In this document: in pieces, positions 22,327-35,841 of the stretch
Layout: each line of letters opens with the position of its first letter
Position numbering within the stretch: the first letter of the stretch is position 1
Position numbers and translations under genes: made by a program
DNA from: Eukaryota sp. GEM-RC1
Lineage: Eukaryota
Direction: 5' to 3'
NCBI GenBank assembly: GCA_040285855.1
Contig: JAUFOQ010000017.1
Coordinates: 1 to 64,000 of the forward strand
DNA length: 64,000 bases
The notes under the pieces: model-generated
What the model saw: only the letters and a program-made list of their open reading frames with translations
What the model was told of the DNA's origin: nothing
Database searches by the model: none

Positions 22327-25300
22327 TCATCAGTGATAGCCAATCATCTTGCGACGACTGACTTCAAAGCTATGACATCCTGTTTTAAATCAACCATCAG
22401 ATGGTCGATTCGTGTTGATCATTTGATCTTTTCACATGTCCCAACTAGTAGCCTGAAAACCACTTAATCGTTCCATATGATGTACCTATAGATAGATTGC
22501 ATGAACTTCAATTCATCTTCTTTCAGTACTGGGTGCATTCAAACCTTAATGTTTCCATCTTGGCTTTCGTACAACACCATTTTGTTACAAAAGTAACAGG
22601 GGTCATTCGAACAAAAATCCAATACAACATTGATAAACATTGTAAAAGACCATGTAAGAAGACATGACTTTAGTATACCTAACCGAAATCAGAATTACTC
22701 TGACATCTGAGAGAGGTACACCCTACATATATGCCAAGTTTTTCATTTATATACCCTTTTACCAACAATGACTCGGATGACCATACCTAAATAGCTCAAA
22801 TCCGCAATAAAAATGGTCCCAAAAAACTTTCAAAAAAAATCAGAAAAACTTGTAACTTTTCTGGGGGCCAAAAAGTTCCGGAACTTTTCTGGGGTAGGGG
22901 CCAAAAGTTTGGAACTTTTCTGGGGGTCATTTGAGTTGGTTTTTTCACGATGAAAACTGGTTGGGGTCTTTTGACTCGACTTGGTATTACGTTTGTAATT
23001 GATTATTTGCACTAAATAAAGGATAGAATTGTATTTTTGTAAAATTTGGAAATAGTTGATGGTTATCGATTGATTGATGACCTGGTATGATTGTTGACCG
23101 TCATGGGGGTCAAAAATGATTCCGATGGATTTAAGATGTACCAAAGGTATCTTTTTTGAATGTCGTTGTGTAACTAGTGGTGGTAGTGCAATCACAATCA
23201 AATTTAGGTCAAAAACGATTTTCTCCGAGAACAGCTCATGACAGTCAATCATGTAATACCCATCATCATTATCATCTCCTTGCCCATGTTTGTATGAAGT
23301 TAGAACGGTGGAACATGTCTAGAGGCTGTGCACGAGTGGAAAGAGTGTTAAAAGTGTTGTAATCGTGATTACTCAGCAGTTGAGCTCCTTTCGATACTTC
23401 TAACAATCATCAGCATAATTTATGCATACGATAACTTAATAGAACTGTTAACAGCGTCAGTTGAATCAGTTTCATCTTAACAGCAGTAGTGTTTGAATAT
23501 TGGTCCAGTTCAATTAGTTCTCACTCATGACTGTTGATACATTTTTGATTTCTTCTTTAATACAGTTATGTACCATACCAGTGTGCAAATGGCACGCCTA
23601 CTGGTGCATGATCATATGATTGCAGGAGAAAGTTTTTGTATAAGTATGTGTTTTCAACTTACTACTCGTAAACTATCATGTAAAAGGGGTACATTGGATT
23701 CTCTTAGTATACATTCTGTACAGCTAGTGTACACACACATTATAGTAACCCAACAGTACTGGATCGCTTCTCAAGTTGACATGATGAATTAATTATTTTA
23801 GTCAAAATTGTTAAATTCTATCTTTCAGTGGTTACTTTGGAATTGTCTATAACTGTGCAACAGTGTTACTATGGTGGTGTTCATTAGTCATACAACAATC
23901 AAAATCATCATGAAGATCGACAAAGAGCAGTAGTATGGTCAAATTTGAAAATGAACAAAACCACTTCTACAACACTTTAAAGTTGTTTTCACATGCTCAC
24001 ACAAGAGTAGAACCAATATCAATGTCAAACACCAAAAGTCAATCAAAATTGTATCACAGTCAATCAAACATCATTCACATGAATTACACTCAGTCATATA
24101 ACTTAAATCCAAAATATCAAAAATCAACACCAACTAGTCCAAAAGAAACAATTAAAACAGTATATAACAACATTGGTAGATCGTTTCTACATCAACACAA
24201 CACTTTTACAAACAATGACTATTACCACTGTAATACAATGTAAACTATCAATATTGACCCTAATGGATCAACTCAAGTCTATATATTTTTGAAACTTTTC
24301 ACCTCAACTATAGTGTCAAACTGACCAAGTATAAAATGTTGACCAAAGTACATGTGAAAAATAAAAAGTCTTTGAAACTTGGTATATATTATACCAATGT
24401 GTGGTTAACATCGTATAGATGATGTATTTGTAATATCAGTGACATTGGTTGGTAAAGTGTATGGTCTTTAGTTATTGGTAATTTTGAAGTGTACATGAAA
24501 GTTGTAAATTTCCACTTTTAACACCTTAACTGATGATCTTGAGAAGTTATATATTGGTTTGGAATCAATTTTATCTGAGTCGAATGTTTTTCATTTTGAC
24601 TTGGTAGTACTAGTGTATGAGTATCAAAGTGACAAAATGAATGTTATGGATATTGAACAGTTGTACTAGTAGTAGTTGTAGTATCACTGTAGTAGTGTTC
24701 ACAGTGAATATTAGTTGTTGAATTAAATTCTGTGGTAAAAAAGTGGTCATTGGTGGATTTTGTTTTGTCAGTCCTTTGATGTCACTTTGGTTTTATTTGT
24801 TTTGATTTTATAGCAGTGTATAGTGGTACTATAGTTTACAAGTGTGTAATTCAAATTAGGTTTGTTCAAGTCAAGTTGTATATGTTTGGTATATAATGAG
24901 TATTTTGGTATTAAAATTTGAGTCACTTGAGTACTAGTTTTGATTATTACATAGTGATTTAGTAAGTGTTTTTGTATAGTGTGGTGGATGTAAAAATTTT
25001 AAATTCAATATGTTTGATTTCTATTTTTATTACTTTAATGTATGTAATAGTGTTGTAATTCGTTGAGATGGAGTTGATGGATATGGTTTTTTAATCCAAG
25101 TAGACAAATTAATGGTACATATGACTATATATCACAATCAATCAATTTTGATTGGTACCAAGATTTAAGCTCAATATTGGTTCTACTTACTACCTTGAGT
25201 TTTGTTTACGTGTTTAGACTTGTTTGTTGGATAGTGTAGTATGTGAACTGCTGGTTGAAGTTACACATGGTGATTATAAAGTTGGTGTATCTGATAATAA

Positions 25301-25543
25301 ACGAATTATTAATGTTTATTAAAAGTATTACTAATATTTTACAACAATATTAGTCGAATTTTTGAATCTTTTGCTTTTTGATTGTACTAATGATACTGTC
25401 TGTGTGTTATCATTTGTTGTACAACTGAAATTCAATTTAACATCCATTTATTATACAGTTGTAATAAGTTTTCAAAATTTTCAACCAAACATCACATAAA
25501 TCACTACCCAAAGGTACAAAATAACTACCCAATAACAAACAAA

Positions 25544-26702
25544 AGAATGCAGCACTCAGTGTTCGCTTGTGGTCTCCCACCAAACTACTAACCAGGGCTG
25601 TCTAAAAATTGAACCGTAAATTAATTTTGCGATGAGACTAAACCATCAATTAATTTCCGTAACAATTCAAAACCGTAAATTAATTTCCGTAATAAGATTT
25701 AGCCATAAATTAATTTCCGTAACAATTCAAAACCGTAAATTAATTTCCGTAATAAGATTTAGCCATAAATTAATTTCCGTAACAATTCAAAACCGTAAAT
25801 TAATTTCCGTAATAAGATTTAGCCATAAATTAATTTCCGTAACAATTCAAAACCGTAAATTAATTTCCGTAATTTATCAGAAAGCCATAAATGACGTCCT
25901 GGAGGCGCATGAATACTGTAATTTCAATAACCAAATTTTCAATACATCTTACTATCAAACAATAATTATCTAGTCTACAGAGCTGGACAAAATTGGAACT
26001 TGTGATTTGTGTTTCCATACTTTCCTTAATACGTATGCTCAAACACTGTAACGTGTCCTTTCATCTTGCAGCTATCCGATGGTAATCACTTGAAACTTGA
26101 TCTTTCTGCTTAGCACAACGGGTTTCATGTTAAACACAATGTCAAACGCATGTTTCACTCTCCTGAATCTACGACTAATCGACTTCCCACTGATCTGATA
26201 GATTGACAGACTTTCAGCTTTTACGACATTGCTTGTATTGTAAAACACATCCATTTCTGCTTCAATTAAATATTTGAGATTGATTTTGATGTGTATTGAT
26301 TTTTATTGGTAATACGTTCCGTAAATTAATTTCCGTAATGTTCAAGTTCCGTAAATTAATTTCCGTAATACTCTGAAACCGTAAATTAATTTCCGTAATG
26401 TTCAAGTTCCGTAAATTAATTTCCGTAATAATCTGAAACCGTAAATTAATTTCCGTAATGTTCAAGTTCCGTAAATTAATTTCCGTAATAATTTAAAACC
26501 GTAAATTAATTTCCGTAATCATCAAGTTCCGTAAATTAATTTCCATAAGTCTCAATTTACGGTATTTTATGGAACCAAAATTAAAAATTAATTTACGGGG
26601 AAATTAATTTTTAGACAGCCCTACTACTAACTAAGCCTTTGGCCACTTAACTTCGGAATTCGGAATGGGATCCGGTGCTATGGACCAAGTATGGCCGCAT
26701 TC
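25544..26702 (-). pseudogene. 5S rRNA: 5S rRNA gene split by a DNA transposon
   Basis: 25544-25592 and 26624-26702 match the intact 5S at 10552-10671. Confidence 0.93.
25593..26623. mobile_element. Non-autonomous hAT-like DNA transposon, 1031 bp
   Basis: Terminal inverted repeats CAGGGCTGTCTAAAAATT and AATTTTTAGACAGCCCTA; 8-bp TSD CTACTAAC at 25585-25592 and 26624-26631; subterminal 30-bp repeat arrays; no transposase ORF. Confidence 0.9.
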
Positions 26703-28274
26703 ATGGGTTACATTGTGATTGTGGGTTTAAGCTTGATGAGTAGTATACTATTGGTGTGGTAATACTAATACACTTGGTATGTGTTTTGTACTTTTGTACT
26801 ACATTGAGTCATGTTCATAGTAGTAGATAGATTGTACATGGTGATGTTGTTACTATGATACAATTTTGATACAAACTTACAATCTTTAGAAGTTGATTCT
26901 GACCAATTGTTTTGTATATATGTGACATAGTATTACACTGTTTTATCAATATGTTTATGTTGTTTGGTAGTATGTTGTGTTGTTAATGTTGTGTGATTCA
27001 AAATTTGTATAGTTTCAAGTGTCAATATTAAGATGTATGTGACACATATGTAGTCTAGTGATATGTCATACTAACAGTAGTACAGATGTATTGTCATTGA
27101 TATTTGTGATTTTGTATTGACTTATAGAACTATTGGTACTACACATTGATAAATATTTGACATTATTTAAAATTTGTCAAACTCAAGTAGCACTGTTCTA
27201 TTCGATTGGATCTGAATATGAGTACGGTGAGTTATGTTGTACAGTAGTATAGTATGTGTCAGGTATCAGTATAGTGACTGGTACTCATAGGACTATTTGA
27301 TATTTGTGTACTATTCATGTGACAGTGATTAAGATTGTGACTAATAGAATCACATCCATCAATTACATTTGATTCAGTCTTTGTCAGTTGACGTAGTACT
27401 ATACTACTATACTACTATACTATGTAGTGCTATGGTACATGTATAGCTCTATTTCTATCTCATCTGTATCACTAACATTATGATTGTGAATGTGATGAAG
27501 GTATGTTGTGAATCACTCTAATCAATTTTGATTGGTTTAGTGATTGTGATTGTGATTGGCTATTACTAGTATTACTATTACATCTACACACCAATGACTA
27601 CTATAGTACACTATGACTGTTAGTGTTGGAGATGTACATGACAATTGATCTGATTTTATGAAACTCCAATTACTACAATTGATGATTGTCTAGTTGATTA
27701 CAACCACTATACCAACTAATCTACGACTCCCATGTTCCAATCAAAATTGATTGAAAAAATGTTTTCACTTGGTATGCTGAAACTGCCTAAAATCAGCTCA
27801 AAATGACCCTCAATCCGTCTCTCTACGTGATTTTTTTGAAAAAGTGATTTTGATTGGTATACTAGATCTACTAAGAATCGACTGAAAGTGACCCACAATC
27901 AACGAATTTACATGATTTTCGACTAACAATCAGATTTTGACTCCCATGTAACTCCTCACCAATCAAACTTGAACACTTCTAATTGCTTGTACACGTCATC
28001 TACAGGGCCCTAGTACCCTATGTAGTACTCCAAGTTCCCAAAAAAAGGCTCTAAAAAAATGACCATTTGAAGGCCAATGGGATTGCGTTTACAAAAATTG
28101 TCTCCAACTCGAGCCGCCGCAAGTACATCACGCGGCTCCCGAGTTACAACAATTTTGTAAACGCAATCAAAACTAGTCTTATCACCATCGTACTAGGGCC
28201 TAGTGTAGTGCTCAAGTCCACTTCGACTTGGTGTAGGGTACTTCAAACGAGTTCCCCACAAACCCCTAAAACAT

Positions 28275-28322
28275 GATGATCCCATTTTACATTTGTCAGA
28301 TGATCCCATTTTACATTTGTCA
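28275..28322. repeat. 24-bp tandem duplication
   Basis: GATGATCCCATTTTACATTTGTCA x2. Confidence 0.85.
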
Positions 28323-29816
28323 CAAGAAGAAACTTTTTATATAAAAGTTTAAACATTTCCCAATAGGAGGCTCTGAGGCCAGGTACTAAAAGGGCGACTA
28401 CTCCTTTATCACCAATGCAGTGCACCTATTATCCAAAGGCACAGGGCCCTCAAACAATAAACACAACAACACAGCGAACGAAGATGTCTAAGCGGAATTG
28501 TCCAAGATCCATTGGTTACCCAACATCTCTCAGACTATCCTCGTGCAACCAGTTTTATGGCGTAGAAACACGGCAGATCGATAAATCAATCTACAACTAA
28601 CCCTATTACAGTCCCAGTACCATGCAGGACTTACTTAAAAATTAGTCAATGACTTTCACTTAGTATCATTGACTTTGGTAGCATACAGTTGGTCGGTTAC
28701 TGTTTGTAGTGTGTTTATACACAACATGTCTGTGCTTTTACCACTATATTGTTCCCATCAAATCCATCACCAATTTCAGCACTAAGTGCTACTGTGGTGT
28801 TGTCTTTAATGGGTAAAGTAGTCGTTGACTTGTCGATATAAAAATAATAAAGACTCGTCCTTTGACAATGTACTGCTACTACCGACAGTCAATGTCAATT
28901 AAACTCAAAAAAAATCTTAGTCGTTTTTACGAAATTATAGTTTTCACTATTGTCTCCAACTAAGTGTATCCTAGTGTGGTACTGTCGTTTGATCCACGGC
29001 ACAGAGATGAACCATCAAGTACCATGGTTGAGACATGCACTAGTCACTTGGACGTGCATTTGGACTGTCAGTATTAGATACCAACAGTCTTGGCTTATAG
29101 ATATGATTCCAAAACAGAACCACTACAAACCTTAAGAGTATTAAGACTCTAGTTACTACACAGGAGTCTCTACTCTTTGGTGTGTTATCATTAGTCTTAG
29201 TCAATGATACTTCAACCTTAGTCATTACAACCAAGGTCTAACTATCATTTATGCAACCAAGACCTAAACACACATGCATCTTATCATCTTAGCATTTTGA
29301 ATAACCAAGAATGACAAAGACACATAGTCTCAACCATCTCAACCATTAGCTACTTAGATACATACATACTTATATACAATCTTGAGTAACTATGATTGGA
29401 CTCAACTATGACTAACTCATTGTATGTTCACCACACAACGAATCAGCCAACTCTTGTTGAGTTAGCATTGAACCCCTTCCCTAGTGGTCCAATTAAAGAG
29501 AGAAGACATGTTTAACCACGTCTTCTCCAGAACTAGGAACATCAGATGAGCCTCAGTAACTCGTGTCAATACAACACTTGTACACGTACAGCACTGCGTT
29601 CCATATCTGAGTCGTCTACTCAGGTTCCACGCACCAGCAATTCTTCATAGTTTCGATGATCAATGACTAGTCTTCGACCAATCACCAATCTCACTAGTGT
29701 GATATTGGGGCGATGCAAAACACCACCCTGTATTCATTTTGTATATTTAGTTGTATATTTAGGTTGCCTCATACTAAATTATTAGATTGACTTTTGCTTA
29801 TATATTTCCTTCTTAT

Positions 29817-30897
29817 ATGTCTTATACCCCAAGACACAATAGCAGCTCTTGGGTTTTACTTACCGCGATGTGGCATCACTCACAGCCAATGTCGAAGACA
29901 GCCCTACTTGAAGCTGCTCGGACGCTCAATCCAAACTTCCCAAAATCTGGATGGATTGAAGCTTCAGCAAAGGTATGATTGCAAAAAAACAAGGAGAGAC
30001 TTTACTCCTTGACTTCTGAAGGACTAGAAGTCGTTCAAAGAGCACATGCTGCTTTCAACAGCAAAAACTCTCCTGCTTTACCTTCAACACGACTTTCTGA
30101 CAATTCCATATCTCTCTTATGTGATCACTCAGAACTTATTGTCAGAAGAGATGGACTAAACCTGTTACACAACAATGGAGTCACTGCTATCTCTTCTTCT
30201 TTGATAATTGGTGACTTTATTTGGAAAATTAGTACATGTTTAGGAGAATTTGTTCTACCCTATGTAATTGAACGGAAATCAACAGCGGATCTCCTTCAAT
30301 CAATCTACAAAAAACGACTGAAAGTTCAAAGGAAAGGCTCATGTTCTTTAAGAACAAAGTCTATACTACTGGTATTTTTGCTGTTATTGGCGATGTTGGC
30401 GGTGATGATCGTGATGGGAAAGTTTTAAGAACTGCATGTCACCGAATAGACTTTGAGTCTGGTTTTCTACTTCAAACTTTTGAAACTGAAAACGAGTTTT
30501 CTCATCTTTTGATTGCTTTTACAAAGAAATTGGAACAAAAATTTCATCAAGTTTGGTTGTTGATGAGAATCTTGGAACCGTGAAGTGGGACGAATTCGAA
30601 CTCATGACTGTTGATCAAGTTGTAAGAGGTGGATCATCTCAAATACTAAAAGACTTTGATAGTGAAAGATTTAATCCACAAGTTCTATGGCAACAGATGT
30701 TAGGTTGTATTCCTGGTATAGGTATTGAAGGTAGAATGGCTCTCTCTGAAAGATTTCCTAATCCAAGTGTTCTACTTAATTTTATTTATGATTCAAACAA
30801 TGTTGTTCAGGATTTAGCTGATTTATGCTATTCTATAAGCGGACGAAGATTTGGAGAAAAAGCTGCCGTGACATTGTTGAAAAGTTTAGGATTTTGA
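29817..30897 (+). CDS. MUS81: MUS81-like ERCC4/XPF-family endonuclease (frameshifted in assembly)
   Basis: Winged-helix-like YTPRHNSSSWVLL..YSLTSEG; nuclease motifs GDFIW and ERKSTADL; C-terminal HhH-like QMLGCIPGIG and RRFGEK. Confidence 0.75.
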
Positions 30898-31176
30898 CAG
30901 AACATATATTTGAGAAGTTGTGAATTCAAGATATTATGATTTCGAGCAATAAAGAACTGTTACTTCAACAATGGGAGTGGAAAATACTCCCAAATGCTTC
31001 TAGATCCTGAGTCCAAAAGGATTGAGTTTCTTGCTATTACCTGAAACTCAATGAATCTGTACTGAAACAAAGTTTTGTTTGGGCTTGAGAAAATGAACTA
31101 CTAGTAGAAGATTTCAAAGATGTCCTACAAGACATCTTCAATGTTACTGACTTTCTTGTCATCATCTTAAACCCTT

Positions 31177-34100
31177 ATGAGTCATTCCTGTGATTTCTTA
31201 GACGATTTTCAAGAAGATCCATGTCGTCGCTTTCCTGATCAATTCATATCTGATTCTGAGTCCTTTGTTTGTCCAATTTGCATGTTTGTAAGCAAGGAGT
31301 CCATCGTTACGGGCAGTTGCCATCATTTCTTTTGCCGTTTGTGTATAATGCGATGGATAAGACAAGAATCATGCTGTCCAATATGTCGTAATTCTCTCTC
31401 ACTTTCTGATATCCACGACCTTTCTCCTGAACAAGCTGCCACTGTGCAATCCCTGATACTCCACTGTGATTACGAAGCTAATGGTTGTTCATGGCAAGGT
31501 CCTCTCTCTGAACTCCTCTCTCACCTCCAGTCATGTTCCTATGCTCTAGAACAAGGCTATGCTCCTCCCGTCCTTGCTACAGATCCTCATGAGTTCGTTG
31601 TAGGCGATCGAGTTTTCATAAAGGTAACTTGTAGAGATCGCCTTGGTAATGTTGTCCCTGGAGATTCTGGTATGGTGGTTGGTATTACTGACAGTGACAA
31701 TGGTCAACGAGAAGCCATTTGCAACTTCCCTTCAGAATCTAACTACAAGATCAACTTTGACAACCTGCTACTTTCCCTTCCTAAACTCCAGCCTTTTGAT
31801 CTCTGTCGTATAAGATCAGTAGTAGTTGATCTAATGGGAGGTTGGAGAAACCTCACGTCAGAAGCTATTGGTGTAGTTAGATCTTCCAAGTACGGTTCAG
31901 TCTCGTCATTTCCTCCTCTTTCTCAAGAAGTCTCTGGAATTCCTGATTCTGTTGCTGTCATTGTTGATTTTTGGATCAGAGATTGGTGTTCATAAGCTAG
32001 ATTCTCGTCAACTAGTGCTAGTACCTCGTCGTTTCGAAGTCCAAGATAGAGTCAAAGTTCGAGAAGACTGTCCTTCACCCTTGTATCGTTGGGGAAGAGC
32101 AAGTAGAACGGAGGAAGGTAGTGTGATTGAAGTACAACGACGTGATGCTGGAGATTCTCTTTACATTGACTTCCCTTCTCACAAGAGATGGCATGGAATT
32201 TCCTATGACATGCAACTACTTCCTCCACTAGTTTCACTTAGAGATAAGGTTCACATTAGACCTGACATTGTTGCTCCTTTGTTTCCTATACCTTCTTCAA
32301 TTGGAACTAAAACTACTGGTACTGTGGTAGAGCTCAATCCTAATGGGGAGTCTGCAGTGGTTAAATTCAATTTGGAAAGTGATTCTGATTCGATGCAATC
32401 AGAAGTCAACGTGACAATCGCTTTGGCCGACATGATGTCAGCAACTGCTGTTTACAATATTGGAGATTTGGTGAGAGTCAAGCATGGCCTTGAGTCTGTT
32501 AGATATGGCTGGGGTAACATTTCTCAAAGTGAAGTTGGAGTTGTGGTCAAGAGAGATTCAATGGAGTTACGAGTAGATTTCCCTTCTCAACGAAACTGGC
32601 ACGCATGGGCTCCAGACATGGAACTTGCCACGTCAGCATTACGTGTGGGAAACGTTGTCGTGATTAGTGAAACATTTAGAGATGATGACGTTTTGCTGAA
32701 CTCCCTTCACGTGATTTTATTGGTAGAGTTGTTGAAATTGACCATGATGACGTTTTCGTTGATTGGAACAACGGTCCTTCCCATTTCAAATGTCCAGCAC
32801 TTTCCCTATCTCGCATACCTCCAAAGTTCAAACAAGGATCTAGAGTCCAGCTTTCCCTTGAATGTGTTAACCCAACCTATGGATATGGTAGAGTTCGACG
32901 GTCAGAAGTAGGGGTCGTCAAGAGTCTTGTTGACAATGGCGAGGTTTTGATTGACTTTCCTAATCACCCAGAATTCAGAGGTACTGTTTACGAGCTTGAA
33001 CTGGCTCCACATGCATTTAGAGTTGGAGATAAGGTCAGAGTCAAAGCTAGTGTTACAGAACCAAAGTATAAGTTTGGTAATGTTTCTCACGGAGATGTTG
33101 GAATTGTAAGACGAGTTGATGGGAATTTCTTAAGAATTGACTTTGATAATCATCGAAATTGGGCAGGATATGCTCCTGATTTAGAACTTGCCGAATCCGA
33201 TGGAACTAGAGCTCAAATCATTACAGTTGGATCAGAAGTAAAACTCAACCCTGCTGCTGATTTTCCTTTTGGATCACCACCAGTCACTGATGAAATTGGT
33301 AAAGTAATTGATGTTTCCATGGACTCTTGCACTGTAGATTTCCCTTCTGTCCCTCACTTTTTACTTCATGCTGAAGATGTTCTTTTAGTTGGTGTTGAGA
33401 GGTCAGTTGAACCCATGGTTGCTGATTCAAGACCTTCCGTTTCTGGATTTCATGTAGGTCAACGTGTTCGTGTTAAAGATGGCATCACGTCACCTAAGTT
33501 TCGATGGGGATCAGTTGGGAAAACTGATGTTGGAATCATTAGATCAATTGAAGATGATTTGACTGCACTCGTGGACTTTCCTATTCAGCCTAAGTGGAGG
33601 GCATACCTTCCAGAAATGGAAGTTGTTGACGTCATTGATAAACCCCAACCCCCTCCCCCTTAGTTTCTGCCTCAGACGTTGTTCCAGCTGGTGAACGTGG
33701 ACTTCTGCCCAGAGTAGGGGAATACGTTAAAGTCAAGGATTCAGTTGCTCAACCCACGTTTCAATGGGGTAACGTACGAGCAGGAGATATTGGAAAGCTG
33801 GTTTCAGTAAACATTGACTCGGGAGAATGCAGGGTAGACTTTCCTCAACACAAGAATTGGCACGCAAAACTTGAAGAACTAGAAGCTGTTGATTCTGATA
33901 CTGCTTCTGAAGCCGAGTCTATGGTGCATTCATCTTCTGTTAGACTTTGCATTGGTGATTTAGTTAGAGTTAGGCAAGATATCTCCACTCCAAGGTTTCG
34001 TTGGGGAAACGTGACCCACTCATCTCTAGGAATTGTAGCAAAGATTGAAGAAGCTAAGTGTAAAGTGGACTTTCCTTCTCATAAGAATTGGGCTGCTCTC

Positions 34101-34581
34101 TGTAGTGAACTGGAAGTTGTTCCATGGAGGTTTATAACTGGTGACGTTGTTAGAGTCCGAAGTGAGTTAAGATCACCTGCTTTTGGATGGCAGGGAGGTT
34201 TTGTTGGAGTTCCTGGAGTTGTGGAAACAGTGGAGGAGGGAAGTGATAGACAAGTGTTGTTTATACGGTTTCCTACGATTGATGGTCCGTTGAGGTTTTG
34301 AATTCAGAAGTAGAGCTCATTCCTGCCTCTTTTAGAGTGGGTGATTGGGTGAAGGTTCGTCCCGGTCACAATCGATTACTTTTGATACTGATGTTGACGT
34401 GGAAAGGTATCATGTGGTTTCTGGTGAAATTGTTTCAATTGATCACGATGTTGTTGTTGCTCACATTGATGGCCGAGAGCAGCGTTTCTATGTTCAGGAA
34501 ATTGTCAAAAGTTCCCCCGAAAGTGGCATTGCAGGTGAAGGTGTAGATGATGCTCATCCCCATCAGTGTGTTATTGCCTAA
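31177..34581 (+). CDS. RING finger, TRAF/SIAH-type zinc finger and multiple KEG/HERC2-like SH3-fold repeats; putative E3 ligase (frameshifted)
   Basis: CPIC..CHHFFCRLC..CPIC; C..GCSWQGPLSELLSHLQSC; recurring FxVGDxVRVK..PxxxWG..VGxV..VDFP..W..ELE. Confidence 0.8.
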
Positions 34582-35244
34582 TTGATTTCACAGATTTAAA
34601 ATTTTCAACTTTCTACAGGAATAATTTTCAAATAATAAAGATAAGTAATAATTTTTAGTTTTATTTTATATTCACACTGTGAATATGATTTCCATATGAT
34701 GTCAATGTGATGTATGTGTTGTAGGATGTTTGTACAACATTGAGTTTATTCATGACATGGTTGAACACGGTTCACAATTCTAAGAACGAATACATACAAA
34801 CACGTCTCTATCTTGAAAGAAGCTCAACACTGGATATCAAAAGACGTATGGAATCCATCAAAGAAGGTGTAAGTGTTTCAGTTTGGGGATATGTGGTTAT
34901 GGGGTGAAGAGTTTTTGGGGTAAAATGATTTTGGGGAGTACATGTATGTACCCCAAATGAATTCAACAACAGTATTTCCGTTAAATAAACTACAAGGAGT
35001 GAATAACTTGTTGATTTATAATACAATTTACATCTACTAATACATCCGAATACTTTTGGAAGGGTGGACAGCAACCGCAATGCTACTGTGGATAGATTCT
35101 GGGCATAAATTTGGTACAGCTAAAAGATCGGCATCATTACATTTCCCTTCAATCTCTATAGGGATTCTGGGTCTACAACAAGGTCTAATAGATCTGTCCT
35201 TCAAAGCTTGTCGAACTCGAGGGGCAAGTGTAAGTTCATTGGAA

Positions 35245-35841
35245 TCAGCATATTTGGTTGGAGTAGACCTGATAGAGAATTCTCGTTGCTTTGAAAACGA
35301 CGTTTAGAGGACTCGTGAACTGTTGATTCATAGAAGTGATCCACTTTGAAAGAGTTGTCAGGTAGAGGGCCATAGCGATGACCAGCTGGAGTGAAGTCAG
35401 ATGCAGGAGCTGTGACTGCTGACCACTTTTACCAGAGGAATCAACACAGAGAGACTGGCCTAAACACCGTTCTCCTGATGAAACTCTGTAGTGGGAAGAG
35501 CAGAGAGGAGTGGATAGTGGAGGTTGTTTGGGTTTGAGGTACGGAGCTATAGGGCCTGCGTAATCTAATTGTGCAGATTTAGGACGAATCTGACCAGCAG
35601 TGTAGTGAAAGAGAAGTGTATCGGGTTTTGGACTGTTTCTACCTAGAGACTTGTTCAAATATTGATTGAGCGGCGTTGGAGTAGATCGTGTAGTAATACT
35701 CAGTGAACTGTGATTAAGTGGAGTCATTCGCTTGGATTTAGCTAAGGTCAGACGATGTTTAAGGCTATCTAGTCTGTTCTCCTTTTGAGACGCATTGGAA
35801 GTTGCAGATGAGACAGAAGGTGTGTGGTTTGAAAGCCCCAT
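35245..35841 (-). CDS. Hypothetical S/T/P-rich protein (may continue toward 34808)
   Basis: 198-aa ATG-initiated ORF with coding-like composition; no motif recognised. Confidence 0.4.
   Translation of the reverse strand: MGLSNHTPSVSSATSNASQKENRLDSLKHRLTLAKSKRMTPLNHSSLSITTRSTPTPLNQYLNKSLGRNSPKPDTLLFHYTAGQIRPKSAQLDYAGPIAPYLKPKQPPLSTPLCSSHYRVSSGERCLGQSLCVDSSGKSGQQSQLLHLTSLQLVIAMALYLTTLSKWITSMNQQFTSPLNVVFKATRILYQVYSNQIC

Larger units (their letters stand above)
22327..27784 (-). other. 5' ETS and intergenic spacer of terminal unit 3 (diverged; may extend toward 29.7 kb)
   Basis: Collinear with 7331-11796 with many substitutions. No 28S 3' end recognised upstream, so this looks like the array boundary. 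Confidence 0.8.

Noticed and set aside
25614..26545. Regularly spaced repeats resembling a CRISPR array
   Set aside because: Linkers are about 10 nt and alternate between two sequences, the array lies inside a TIR element in a eukaryote, and no cas genes are present.
28260..28272. Telomere-like AACCCCTAAA
   Set aside because: Single copy with no array.
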